The notes: generated by a model from the letters alone, not told the origin. 64,000 nt of DNA from Octopus bimaculoides (GCF_001194135.2 NC_068989.1:32498862-32562861); one strand, 5' to 3'. Shown: positions 1-10,970, counted from the first letter of the stretch. Numbers and translations: made by a program.

Positions 1-190
1 GTATTTTTTTATTCTTCTACTTGTTTCAATCATTTGACTGTGGCCATGCTGGAGTACTTCCTCTAGTCGAACAAATCAACCCCAAGACTTATTCTTTTAA
101 GCCTGGTACTTATTCTATTAGTTCCTTTTGCCGAACCGCTAAGCTACAGGGATGTAAACACACCAATATCGGATGCCAAGCAATAGTGGG
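1..190 (-). mobile_element. SINE family A, 3' half
   Basis: Matches the block at 19200-19390 (cattTGACTGTGGCCATGCTGGAG...CCGAACCGCTAAG...GTAAACACACC) that forms the tail of the full-length copy there. Confidence 0.8.
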
Positions 191-204
191 GAGACATAAA
201 TGCA

Positions 205-410
205 TATGTGGCACATAAAAAGCATCATTTGAGTATGGCTGATGCCAGTGCTGCCTGACTGGCTCCCGTGCCGGTGGCATGCAAAAAGCACTCACAACGC
301 TCTAGGAGTGGTTGGCGTTAGGAAAGGCATCCAGCTATAGAAGCCTTGCCAAACCAGATTGGAGCTTCACGCAGCCTCCTGGCTTGCCAGCCCTCAGTTT
401 AACAGCAGTG
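205..410 (+). mobile_element. SINE family B (RTE-like tail)
   Basis: Contains the recurrent GTGGTTGGCGTTAGGAAAGGCATCCAGCT block found about 10 times in the window. Confidence 0.75.
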
Positions 411-412
411 AT

Positions 413-447
413 GACACACACACGCACGCACGCACGCGCGCGCGCGC
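413..447. repeat. (CA)/(CGCA)/(CG) alternating purine-pyrimidine microsatellite
   Basis: acacacacgcacgcacgcacgcgcgcgcgc seen directly. Confidence 0.9.
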
Positions 448-915
448 CAGCCCAGCGAATATCTGTAAAAGTAGAGTCAGCATATCCAGCAGTAATGTGG
501 GTGGAGTGCTGGTATGTGGATGAGGGGAGGTGCGGAAAGTTCAGGAAGTAGTTAAGATATGTAAGTCCAAAGAGTAGGATGTTAAGTAAGTCCAAAAAGT
601 AGGATGTTAAAGCAGGGTAAAACTGAAGTGGAGGTGGTCATCCGGACTCCCACCTTCATCGTGAACAGGAATTAATCTTATCTCTTCGCTCCTTTCTGCC
701 ATATGGGCTCAACTCTCATCCTCTCCTCTCTTCATCTGACATCTACTTCCTCTCATCACACCTATCACCTCTTCATTGATACCACCACCACACCCCCGCA
801 TCTCCCCTCACACCACCCCACATCGCTCCACACTGACCACTTCCCAGCACCCACACCACACCATCATCCACACATGTTACGCACACATCCACATATGTCA
901 AAGTCACTAGCCCCT

Positions 916-917
916 AT

Positions 918-961
<44 letters not shown>

Positions 962-983
962 GCATTCTCTCATACACACGCAT

Positions 984-1016
<33 letters not shown>

Positions 1017-1050
1017 TTCTCTCATACACACATTCTCTCACACACACACA
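916..1050. repeat. Compound (CA)n/(CT)n microsatellite
   Basis: Seen directly; it accounts for part of the spurious 703-1542 ORF. Confidence 0.95.
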
Positions 1051-1332
1051 TGCACCTTTGTTTTGGGATCACCAATACTTTATTATCTCCCCTTCTTTCT
1101 ACCTCTTCTGTCAAACTTTTTTCTCTATCAGTTGCCATGCTTGACTGCTAAATCCACAAGTTTTTTTAAAATTCTCTCTCTGTTTATTTTCTCTTATTCC
1201 TTTCTGTTGAAGAGCTTAGGCTTGAAACGTAAAAGACTTTTTCACTTTTCTCAGCATCAAACTAATACACCTGCTTGTTCATACACCTGTCTTTGTCTTT
1301 TGTTTTTCTATAAATTTCAGCATATATATACA

Positions 1333-1489
1333 CTTCTTTCAGTTTCTGTCTACCAAATCCACTTACAAGGCTTTGGTCGGACTGAGGCTATAGTAGAAGA
1401 CACTTGCCCAAGGTGCCATGCAGTGGGACTTAACCCGGTGCCATGTGGTTGGGAAGCAAGCTTCTTACCACACAGCCACTCCTATGCCT
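1333..1489 (-). mobile_element. SINE family A, tRNA-derived head
   Basis: Minus strand reads GGAGTGGCTGTGTGGTAAG (A-box-like)...GGGTTAAGTCCC (B-box-like)...CTTGGGCAAGTGTCTTCTACTATAGCC; same as 19417-19575. Confidence 0.85.
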
Positions 1490-1912
1490 ATATATATGTA
1501 ATGTATGTGGTGCTAAGTTATTGTAAATTTAAAACAGCATAAATGAATTATTAACACTTTTGTGACTTTTGGACCACTCCGTAGAAGAGAGATTGGGAGT
1601 GACTGTGCTGGAGCCAGGAAGAGAGATAAAGATGGTGAGGATAAGATTTCATGGTTGGCTCTAAGGACAGAATTGGTAGTGAAAGTTGCTAGAGGTTGTA
1701 AGAGTGTATGTAAAGAGTGAGGGCTGTTTAGAGATGGTAAGTATACTGAATGAGAAACGAAGGTTGTGGTGGGTCAGATGGAAGGTAAATAACTGACAAC
1801 TAGAAATTCTGTAAGGTTGGGCACTGGATGTAGTGAAAGGTAAAGGGGACAATCATGTGAGTTGAGGGAATGCTGGAGAGAGTATGTGCTGCCAGTCAGA
1901 TAGTAAACAGGA

Positions 1913-2470
1913 CCTTTTCAAATAGCTAAATCAGTCGCAGATTTAACGATATGAAAGCAACATTGCTTTCTTTAACATGGCATGTCTTCTATGTTCGACA
2001 CTAGCTAAATTAGTTGTGGATTTGACGGCCCTAGTGGCAACATCACTCTTTCTGCTATGCGCCTTTACAGTGTTCACTACCAACGCCAAGCAACTCATTT
2101 CACTTATATCTATCACCATTCTGCAGCCGATACACACCAAACTTAAATACATAGTAAGTCATGCAAAATTCATTCATGTCTTGCTACACATTTCTCATTT
2201 TCCCAATACTCTACATTTTTTTAACATTCACACCCAAAGATAAAAATTAATTCTTATACACTCAATTTGATTAGCACTTACCAACAACCCAAAATAAATT
2301 ATTATGCTTTATGAACAACACATGCCTTCTGACATTTATTTCTACATACACTTTATTCCATGTTACATTGTGACATTGTTACCTTCCAACACATTACATT
2401 CGAACATGTTACAACTTTGAACTAACTTGCCTACCAATCCACTAAATTGATGACCCCACGACTCACTAAA
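1913..2470. repeat. ~560-bp dispersed repeat, copy 1 (copy 2 at 3943-5417)
   Basis: Colinear match by eye (about 85-90%) to 3943-4359 plus 5295-5417; contains a twice-repeated TAGCTAAATYAGTTGTGGATTTGA-like motif. Confidence 0.85.
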
Positions 2471-2499
2471 TTGGTGACTTTCCAATGTCAAAATATTTC

Positions 2500-3000
2500 C
2501 CAAAGCAAAATATATTTTTTGTAGAACGGTGCTATGCAGAGGCAAGCTACAATTGTACACGCTCATCAGTCAAAGACATTTAATATTTTTGTACCATGGA
2601 GGATTCTGTAAATAATGGCATTCTTCATGTAATGGCATTGTCCACATAATGGTTTCATTCATTTTCTTTTAAACCACCTATCATATTGCATGTATTTCAT
2701 TTTCAACATGGCAGCCTGTCTTCTTCATGTGTAACTTCGTGGTGTTTTATTCATGCGCACCAGTGCCTTTAGCGCATGTCTTGCCTCATTTCAATTTAAT
2801 TTTCCCCACTCATCGCCATTGGTCACACCATTGAAGAAGATGGCTTCTGATTTTTACTAGCGCTGCAACCATCGAGGACCTGCTTCCTTCGACTTCTTTC
2901 TGTCAGCCACACCATTTTATTGGTGTAATCAGTTTTTATCAATGTTTCGTCCTTCATTGTCCTGGACTTCTGCTTTGACTCACTGATCTTCTCCAGCTCT
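2500..3000 (-). mobile_element. Decayed Copia-like integrase fragment
   Basis: Minus-strand translation across a frameshift gives QDNEG...YTQ*NGVADRK, resembling Copia SDNGG...YTPQQNGVAERKN. Confidence 0.4.
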
Positions 3001-4365
3001 GCTTCCTGAAGATGATTTCGGCACTTTTGCATCTGATCAAATCTGTCTTGTTTTTTTGCTGCTCAGAAACACTTGCTTTACAGCATCCCTCCTTGCTCTT
3101 CATGTTTCCGATGCAAAGCTTCAGCTTGTGGTATTGCATCAGGCACAACGATCGCTGCCATATTTCTACTGTTTCTCATTTTGTCTACTTAGAACCCACT
3201 TGAACTCTTGTATATATACTGGAACTTTTCTTTGCATGCACCTAGTTTTGCATTTCAGTTGCTACTTTTTAACTTTTCAGGACCCTTCCTATCCATATAC
3301 ATGTTTTTGGATGTTCTATATTTTATTTGTAAAATTTTTCAACATTCCTACACACATGCACCACATATTATACTTTCATTAGTTGCAATCGTATACCACA
3401 CTGTGTCGTTCTTGCCATGCATGCTTACACACTGCCTCAGTCATGCAATGACTGGCACATTCAGCACTCACGTGCGTACTCACACTACCTCAGCCATGCA
3501 GCGACTGTACACTGCGCACACAAAGCGACACTGCTATTTGAGATCACCCAAATAGATCCTCTTCTGTGCACATTCCCTGGATTCTCTCTCCTGATATGCA
3601 CATTTTATTTTTCTCAACTTTGCCTCACATTCACCAACACAAATACTTTTCACAATTCTGAATGTTGTTTTCATTTTGCTCGTCTTTTGCATTTTTTATT
3701 CCTCCTGACAATAATCACCTGAGATGGTAAAGGGCATCCAACATAGCATAACTTTTTCACAACACTGTATTTGTCATCATGGCTTGTTTGTATTGGCTTG
3801 CAGTCTGCAGTGGGGTAGTGTAGTGAGACATGAAAGGGATATTGTCATGGTTACATAGCACAGTTGTGCTATGGCCTCTTCATCCAATTAGAGCTAGCTG
3901 TGGAAGGATACATGTGGTAACGTCCATCTAGCAGTAAATGTGCCTTTTTCAAACAGCTAAATCAGTTGTGGATTTGATGGCGTGAAAGCAACATTGCTTT
4001 TTTGCACACAGCACATCTTCTATGTGCAACACTAGCTAAATCAGTTGTGGATTTGATAGCCCAAGTGGCAACATCACTCTTTCTGCTGTGAGTCTTTTAC
4101 AGTGTTCACTACCAACGCCAAGCAACTCATTTCACTTATATCTATCACCATTCTGCAGCCGATAAGCACCAAACTTAAATACATAGTAAGTCATGCAAAA
4201 TTCATTCATGTCTTGCTACACATTTCTTATTCTCCCAATGCTCTACATTTTTTTAACATTCACACCCAAAGATAAAAATTTATTCTCACTTTACTTAGCA
4301 CTTATCAACAATCTAAAATAAATTACCATGCTTTATGAACAAAACATGCCTTCTGACATGCGACA

Positions 4366-5100
4366 CATGAAATCTTTTGAGCGGGATCGTTGCCAGTGCC
4401 CCTGGACTGGCTCATGTGCGGGTGACACATGAGGTTTTCGAGTGAGATCGTTGCCAGTGCCCCTGGACTGGCTCTTGTGCAGGTGACACATGAAATTATT
4501 CAAGTGAATTCGTTGCCAGTGCCCCTGAACTGGCTCTTGTGTGGGACCATCGTAGGATTTTCGAGCGAGAGCATTGCCAGTGCCCCTGGACTGGCTCATG
4601 TGCAGGCAACACATGAAATCTTTNNNNNNNNNNNNNNNNNNNNNNNNNNNNNNNNNNNNNNNNNNNNNNNNNNNNNNNNNNNNNNNNNNNNNNNNNNNNN
4701 NNNNNNNNNNNNNNNNNNNNNNNNNNNNNNNNNNNNNNNNNNNNNNNNNNNNNNNNNNNNNNNNNNNNNNNNNNNNNNNNNNNNNNNNNNNNNNNNNNNN
4801 NNNNNNNNNNNNNNNNNNNNNNNNNNNNNNNNNNNNNNNNNNNNNNNNNNNNNNNNNNNNNNNNNNNNNNNNNNNNNNNNNNNNNNNNNNNNNNNNNNNN
4901 NNNNNNNNNNNNNNNNNNNNNNNNNNNNNNNNNNNNNNNNNNNNNNNNNNNNNNNNNNCCTAAATTGGCTCTTGTGTGGGGTTGTTGTAGGATTTTCGAG
5001 CGAGATCGTTGCCAGTGCCACTGGGCTGGCTATTGTGCGGGTGACACATGAGGTTTCTCGAGCGAGATGAGCGTGGCCGTTGCCAGTACCGCCTGACTGG
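4366..5100 (+). repeat. 61-62-bp minisatellite derived from SINE family B
   Basis: Units GATCGTTGCCAGTGCCCCTGGACTGGCTC... recur at 4385, 4446, ~4508, ~4569 and after the gap, then grade into the SINE at 5080. Confidence 0.9.
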
Positions 5101-5293
5101 CCTTCGTGCGGGTGACACGTAAAAGCACCCACTACACACTCTGAGTGGTTGGCGTTAGGAAGGGCATCCAGCTGTAGAAACTCTGCCAAATCAGATTGGA
5201 GCCTGGTGTAGCCATCTGGTTTCACCAGTCCTCGGTCAAATCGTCCAACCCATGCTAGCATGGAAAGCGGACGTTAAACGACGACGACGACGA
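5080..5293 (+). mobile_element. SINE family B, young-looking copy with (GAC)n tail
   Basis: Retains CpGs; ends GCATGGAAAGCGGACGTTAAAC(GAC)n, an RTE-like 3' end. Confidence 0.85.
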
Positions 5294-5513
5294 TACACTT
5301 CATTCCACGTTATATTGTGACATTGTTATCTTCCAACACATTACATTTGAACACGTTACAACTTTGAACTAACTTACCTACCAATCCACTAAACTGGTGA
5401 CCCCACAACTCACTAAACCCCCTTGGCTGTTAATTAGATCACCTAGGCAATAGAAACCATTCAGTTCTATATTTAAGAGATGAGGAATTATGTACATTAT
5501 TTACATTATTTAT

Positions 5514-5580
5514 GGGCATATGGCATAGTGGTTAAGAGCGCGGGCTACTGACCCCCAAGATTCCGAGTTCAATTCCAGGT
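5514..5580 (+). promoter_or_regulatory. tRNA-derived Pol III internal promoter (SINE head)
   Basis: A box TGGCATAGTGG at 5521-5531 and B box GAGTTCAATTCC at 5565-5576; no acceptor stem or CCA context, so not a tRNA gene. Confidence 0.75.
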
Positions 5581-5587
5581 AATGACC

Positions 5588-5613
5588 TGAATAATAATAA
5601 TAATAATAATAAT

Positions 5614-5710
<97 letters not shown>
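5588..5710. repeat. (AAT)n(AAC)n compound microsatellite inside the SINE
   Basis: Seen directly; source of the poly-L and poly-V ORFs. Confidence 0.95.
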
Positions 5711-5760
5711 TCATTGAAAAATACCTTAGGACTGAGAACCCAGGTTTGAAATTTCCCCAA

Positions 5761-5806
5761 GACACCTGATGAAGGCTGGAGGGTATAGCAGCCGAAATGT
5801 TGTGTT
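5761..5806 (+). ncRNA. Minimal type-I hammerhead ribozyme motif
   Basis: GACAC-CTGATGA-A-GGCTG(gagggtatag)CAGCC-GAAA-TG-TT-GTGTT. Helix I GACAC/GTGTT, helix II GGCTG/CAGCC, core intact, extra A after A9, minimal helix III, putative GUU cleavage site after 5801. Confidence 0.7.
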
Positions 5807-5869
5807 AACAACAAACAAGATGAGGACAAATATCTGTCAAATGTAAATAATGAATAGAAACCATTTACT

Positions 5870-7130
5870 ACTTCTAGGGACCTCATGGATATTTGAGAAT
5901 ATCTTTTTTTCCTGTACTTTTAGTGTTTATTGCTCCTGCATATATGTCACATATGAAGTCTACTTTCACTGTTATGCTTCTTGTGGATCCTATGCACATC
6001 TTGAGTGTTCAGTCTGCATTGGGTATACAGTATGGAATTTCCATTCCTTCCCTTCCATTAGGGAAAAGGCCTTGCTTCATATGTAGAAGTGTTCTATCTG
6101 TTTTCCTATTTACTAAATCTTTGGTCTTTGCTAAATTAAGTATGAACCTTTTGATTACAGGTTTTTTTCCACATCTGGTTTTTTTTGAAATTCTACAGAT
6201 TCAGTTTTAATAATTAGTGTGTCTGCATACAGTAGTTCCTATGAGCAATCAATCTGAAACTTTTCTGTTATGACCTGAAGGACTGCGATAAATAGGAGAC
6301 TTAGAAACAAGGCTTGATAACTTTTACTTGCATATTTGTTGTCAAACTCTTTTTCAATTCTCACCTCACAGCACCCCTGTACATGGCATGTATGGCTCTC
6401 ACAAGCTCTTGTTCTACCTTTAGCTTCCTCAGTGACTACCATATCACAAAGTGAATGACTCTGTCAAAAGCTTTCTTCCAGGTCAACAAATGCTAAGTAC
6501 AGTGGATCACTTTTAGCCAAGTACTTCATCAGGAAGAGGGAATCTGTGGTATTTTCTGTGGTAAAAACCAAACTGCATCTCATCTAACTCTCTCCCTAAT
6601 TAATTGAACTACAACTGTTTCTATAACTTTCATGGCCTGGTCCAGCAATTTGATACCTCTGTAATTACTTCTCCCTAAGTCATCTCCTTTACACTTGTAA
6701 CAGTTAACTAAAATGCTGCTATACCAGTCATATATATCCTGATTGAACTTATGAGTAACTAGGCCATATCCTAGTCTGCTAGATATTTTAAGCACCTCAG
6801 CAGTAATTCCTGATAGACCAGGGACTTTCTTGCCTTCATATCCATAATTGCTTTATCTGTCATACTGCTATCACCTAGAATGGCTGATCCCTTTGTTGAG
6901 TCCTTATTGAGAACACTTTTCTTCTAGTCTTCTTTCATAGAAACCACTTTCATGCAGGTTTACACTTATCCATCTGTACACATATCTCTCCCATAATGTC
7001 TTGATTTTCTCTACATTGCCTTGTAGTTTGGAGTACCTAATATCTCTCTTCCTCATCCTGCAGAACATTGGCATACTGCTTACTTTCTGCATATCTCCTT
7101 GCTAAATCATTATGTTACCTCGCTTTTCTT
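5870..7130 (-). mobile_element. Decayed RTE-clade LINE reverse transcriptase
   Basis: Minus-strand peptides NYRGIKLLDQAMKV and LSLLFIAVLQVITEKFQIDCS*ELLYAD...NLAKTK. Confidence 0.85.
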
Positions 7131-8168
7131 TTAGGTGCCTGGTATAAATCTGTTATTATCACTCTTCCACTTATGTTTCTATGTATTTCACTCTTCTACA
7201 ACCTTATCACTTTCTATCTTTAGCCCTCAGAAGGTTATCATGTGGAGCTTCTGGTTGTCTTGTGTCATGCCTTTCATCTACTCCTCCTTGTCAAATGGCT
7301 TCAACTAGTACTTCTCTAAAATGCACATGATTATTCTGAGTGCAATTTCAACACTAGTATAGTAAATACAGATTTTAAGTTGATGTAAATTAAATTTCTA
7401 TACAATGCAGGGAGCATCTTGCAGTTTCATTAAGAATAAGATAGAAGTTTAAGATGCTCACATTCATTTAGAAGGTCTCTATAATTGAGTTTTTGCAATA
7501 TATACATTAACCAGATGTCCATATTCTCTGTTTGAATTTAGCAAGAGTCTCAAACAGGGAGAAAAGCTTCTGCTGAGTTTTTCACTGTTCCTGAGAAGTA
7601 CCTCTTCATATTTGTTGTCAAACTACTGGGACATGAACTTCAATTTTCTTGTTTTCCTCCATCACTATAATCTGAATCTGTACTCTTCTAGCCTTCAAGA
7701 CTGATAGCATCAAGTATGTTCACTTTTAACTGTAGGACTTGATTTGTTTTGTTCTCTCTTTTGGGAATGTCATTCTAACAACTTACTAGAAAGTTTGTTT
7801 TCAGATTCTATATTTTCTTACTCAATCATTCTGATTTTTTAACTTGAGATCACCTATTCAGTGTCAGGTGACAACAGAGTCTGGTGTATATTTAACTTTC
7901 TTGAAACTTCTAAGTAGAGCTTGAAAAGTATCAAAATGTGACAGCAAATAACTGATTGACCACAGCATCTTTTTCTAAAACTGAGGTCAGAATATTTCAT
8001 CAAAATGTAAAAGCAAATGAAAGTAATATAGATTGTGAATAAAGTCAAGAATTTTACAATCTGTAGACAACACACTGCTGCTTTTACCCCTACCAAGTTT
8101 AAGCTGTTTCCAGGACATGATTCAGTAGATACATCAATGATTGCAATCCAGTATAGTGTCCAGACATA

Positions 8169-8470
8169 TGAGGTGCATTCAAAAAGTATCCAACTTTATT
8201 TTTTCCTGCCAAAACTAATGCTGCATGGCTAAAATCCTTTTGGTGGAAGGTGATACCACCCTTCCTGTGCATGCATAAAAATTTTCACACTGGTAGACCA
8301 TGAATGCATTCAGTCATCTTGTGTGAAAATGGGAATCTGACAAGTGTGCATCATACATCTGTATTCTTGGTGTAACAGCTTGGAACTGACACGGCCTACT
8401 GGCACAAAAGTTTTATGTATGCGCAGGAAGGGTGGCTTCCCCTTCCACCGAAAGGATTTTGCCTAGGTGG
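8169..8470. mobile_element. Mariner-type MITE remnant with internal inverted repeat
   Basis: TA-TGAGGTGCATTCAAAAAGTATCCAAC mariner-like end; ~55-bp inverted arms at 8231-8285 and 8406-8460. Confidence 0.55.
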
Positions 8471-9621
8471 CATTGTATTTTTTTAGAAGTAGCACAAAGA
8501 ATACGACCCATTAGTTTGGTAAATTCTTCACAATTTGCCCATCTCCTCCTCCCCCTTCTCTGCCCTATAAAAGTTGTATACATCCTTTCAGCTGAAGACT
8601 TATCTTAATTCATATATAAGATGAGAACAAAAAAAAAAAAAAAAAAGGTCTGATTTTAAAATTAAGGTATTCATTCTAAAAATATATATTTTCTATTAGC
8701 AAATATTTTTACAGTTCAGTTTTATATTTATTTATTTATTTATTTATTGACAAAATTTTACAAACCTATGTAGATAAGTATTGGGCCCTTAGACCTGTGG
8801 GACTGACTCTTGGACAACTGTCCAGTGTGCCCATGCTTTACAGCACTAGACACAAGTGTTTGTCTCTGCAACTGTCATCCAGTCTGGCACCTTGAATTCA
8901 ACATCCATGATTCTTTTGAATAGGTTAAGAACTTTGTAGAATGCAGAACTTCATATACAGGTAACTGACTATCAAGTCTTTTCCAAGTGTTTTTCCATTT
9001 AGTAATGTTACTTTATGGTTTTTTGAGATTTCCTCTCAGAATGACTCCAGATCATTTTGGGGAGGAGGAACATTTACAAACTTGATGATATGGCCTTTTG
9101 CATTGCAGTTATGCTGTTGCAAACTTGTGTTTTAGAGTTCACTCCTATTTTCTTGTAATTTCTTAGAATGACAAAGCTTTGGGCTTTTTACTTGTAGTTT
9201 GTGTTTAAGAGCAAGTAATTTACTTGTTTTCATCAGCAGTCCTCATAGTTTTGGTAGTTTACCATAAAGCTGGTGGCTCTTGAGTTCATTACTAAGTTCA
9301 TTTGCAATTGAAAATAAAAGCTGAATTTCTGATGTTTATTTCGAGTGTTTTTTATTTATTTATTTGGGAGACAGAAATATTCCATTTTTGGGAATTCTCA
9401 TTTCAGTCAATTTCTGTTAGCCTTATCTATCAGCTGTATGCATGATTTTGCAATCTAAGAACACAAGATAGCTACAAAATACCTGATGGACAAAATGTGA
9501 CAGTAAAGATCTTAAACCACTAAACTGCAACACAATACAGTAGAACAGCTGATGTCCATAAGAGCATGGATAACATCAAGTCTATCAACTTGTGTCATAT
9601 TCTTTCTATTACTTAATAGTT

Positions 9622-10312
9622 TGTTGATGTTAGTGGTGACATTCTAAATGTTGTTGCAACCTGTTGTTAGTGGTGACATTCTAAATTTTGTTGCAACCTG
9701 TTGATGTTAGTGGTGACATTCTAAATGTTGTTGCAACCTGTTGATGTTAGTGGTGACATTCTAAATGTTGTTGCAACCTGTTGATGTTAGTGGTGACATT
9801 CTAAATTTTGTTGCAACCTGTTGATGTTAGTTGTGACATTCTAAATTTTGTTGCAACCTGTTGATGTTAGTTGTGACATTCTAAATTTTGTTGTNNNNNN
9901 NNNNNNNNNNNNNNNNNNNNNNNNNNNNNNNNNNNNNNNNNNNNNNNNNNNNNNNNNNNNNNNNNNNNNNNNNNNNNNNNNNNNNNNNNNNNNNNNNNNN
10001 NNNNNNNNNNNNNNNNNNNNNNNNNNNNNNNNNNNNNNNNNNNNNNNNNNNNNNNNNNNNNNNNNNNNNNNNNNNNNNNNNNNNNNNNNNNNNNNNNNNN
10101 NNNNNNNNNNNNNNNNNNNNNNNNNNNNNNNNNNNNNNNNNNNNNNNNNNNNGTTGATGGTAGTGGTGACATTCTAAATTTTGTTGCAACCTGTTGATGT
10201 TAGTTGTGACATTCTAAATTTTGTTGCAACCTGTTGATGTTAGTTGTGACATTCTAAATTTTGTTGCAACCTGTTGATGTTAGTTGTGACATTCTAAATT
10301 TTGTTGTAACCT
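9622..10312. repeat. 40-bp minisatellite spanning a gap
   Basis: Unit TGTTGATGTTAGTGGTGACATTCTAAATTTTGTTGCAACC, period 40; about 7 units before and 4 after the N-run. Confidence 0.95.
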
Positions 10313-10764
10313 GTCTTTTGAGCTCTTTATATTCTTTATTCATTTCTATATGTTTGTAAGCAGCTGTCGCATGATTGTGTGATAGTAGGAGTCCTCTTTC
10401 AGTGTTGTTTTGGTTTTGCTTTCGTTGTGGTTTATGTTTTCAGTAATTTTCTCAAAGAAAGAATCCACTGGGCTGTTGATACTCTTATTTTCTGTGAACT
10501 TTGGTACTCCATGTAAACAATCGAGCAGTTTTCTTACTTCTTTGTAGAATTGGTATAGGTCTTGATTCAATTCAAAGTCCTTGCAAATTTCTCTTGATAG
10601 CTGACCCTGGTTCCCTGCCTTACATTGGTGTATATAGTTACCTTGTGTTATCAGTTTGTTTTTGCTTCTTCATTATTGCTGTGGTACTTAAAATGCAGTC
10701 CTTTGCATTTATTGACAGATAATCAGTTTTTTTTCAAAACTTGTATGAATGGCAACAAACAGTT

Positions 10765-10970
10765 CTACATGCCAAAACCGACCTTGCCTGTGCTTGTGCC
10801 ATGTAAAAAGCACTCAGTTCACTCTGCTAGATAGTTGGTGTTAGGAAGGGTATTCAGCTGTAAAAACCCCCACCAAAACAGACAGAAATCTGGTGCAGGC
10901 TCCTGCCTGGCCAGCTCCTGTCAAACTGTCCAACCCATACCAGCATGGAAAGTGGACATTAAATGATGAT
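10765..10970 (+). mobile_element. SINE family B
   Basis: TGGTGTTAGGAAGGGTATTCAGCTG...GCATGGAAAGTGGACATTAAATGATGATG. Confidence 0.8.

Larger units (their letters stand above)
3943..5417. repeat. ~560-bp dispersed repeat, copy 2, interrupted by the SINE/minisatellite at 4360-5294
   Basis: Alignment to copy 1 stops after CTTCTGACAT (4359) and resumes at ATACACTT (~5294). Confidence 0.85.
5462..5852 (+). mobile_element. tRNA-headed, hammerhead-bearing SINE with Penelope-like inverted tail, copy 1
   Basis: 13-bp TSD AATAGAAACCATT at 5449-5461 and 5853-5865. Order: inverted tail 5462-5513, tRNA-like head 5514-5580, (AAT)n(AAC)n, hammerhead 5761-5806, tail to 5852. Confidence 0.85.

Noticed and set aside
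703-1542. 279-aa ORF
   Set aside because: Built from (CAC)/(CA)/(CT) microsatellites and an antisense SINE; no domain
4366-5100. CRISPR-like repeat-spacer appearance
   Set aside because: The variable parts are homologous to each other, the unit derives from a SINE, the context is eukaryotic and there are no cas genes
4429-5261. ORFs of 129-221 aa
   Set aside because: They run through N-gaps and the minisatellite; the same applies to those at 9848-10189, 13346-14117, 16280-16708 and 54303-54592
1913-5417. LTR pair of a Copia element
   Set aside because: No TG..CA termini, PBS, PPT or TSD found at the repeat boundaries
5514-5590. tRNA gene
   Set aside because: A and B boxes are present but there is no acceptor stem or terminator; it is a SINE head inside a TSD-bounded insert
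5532-5886. Poly-Leu and poly-Val ORFs
   Set aside because: Antisense translation of (AAC)n(AAT)n
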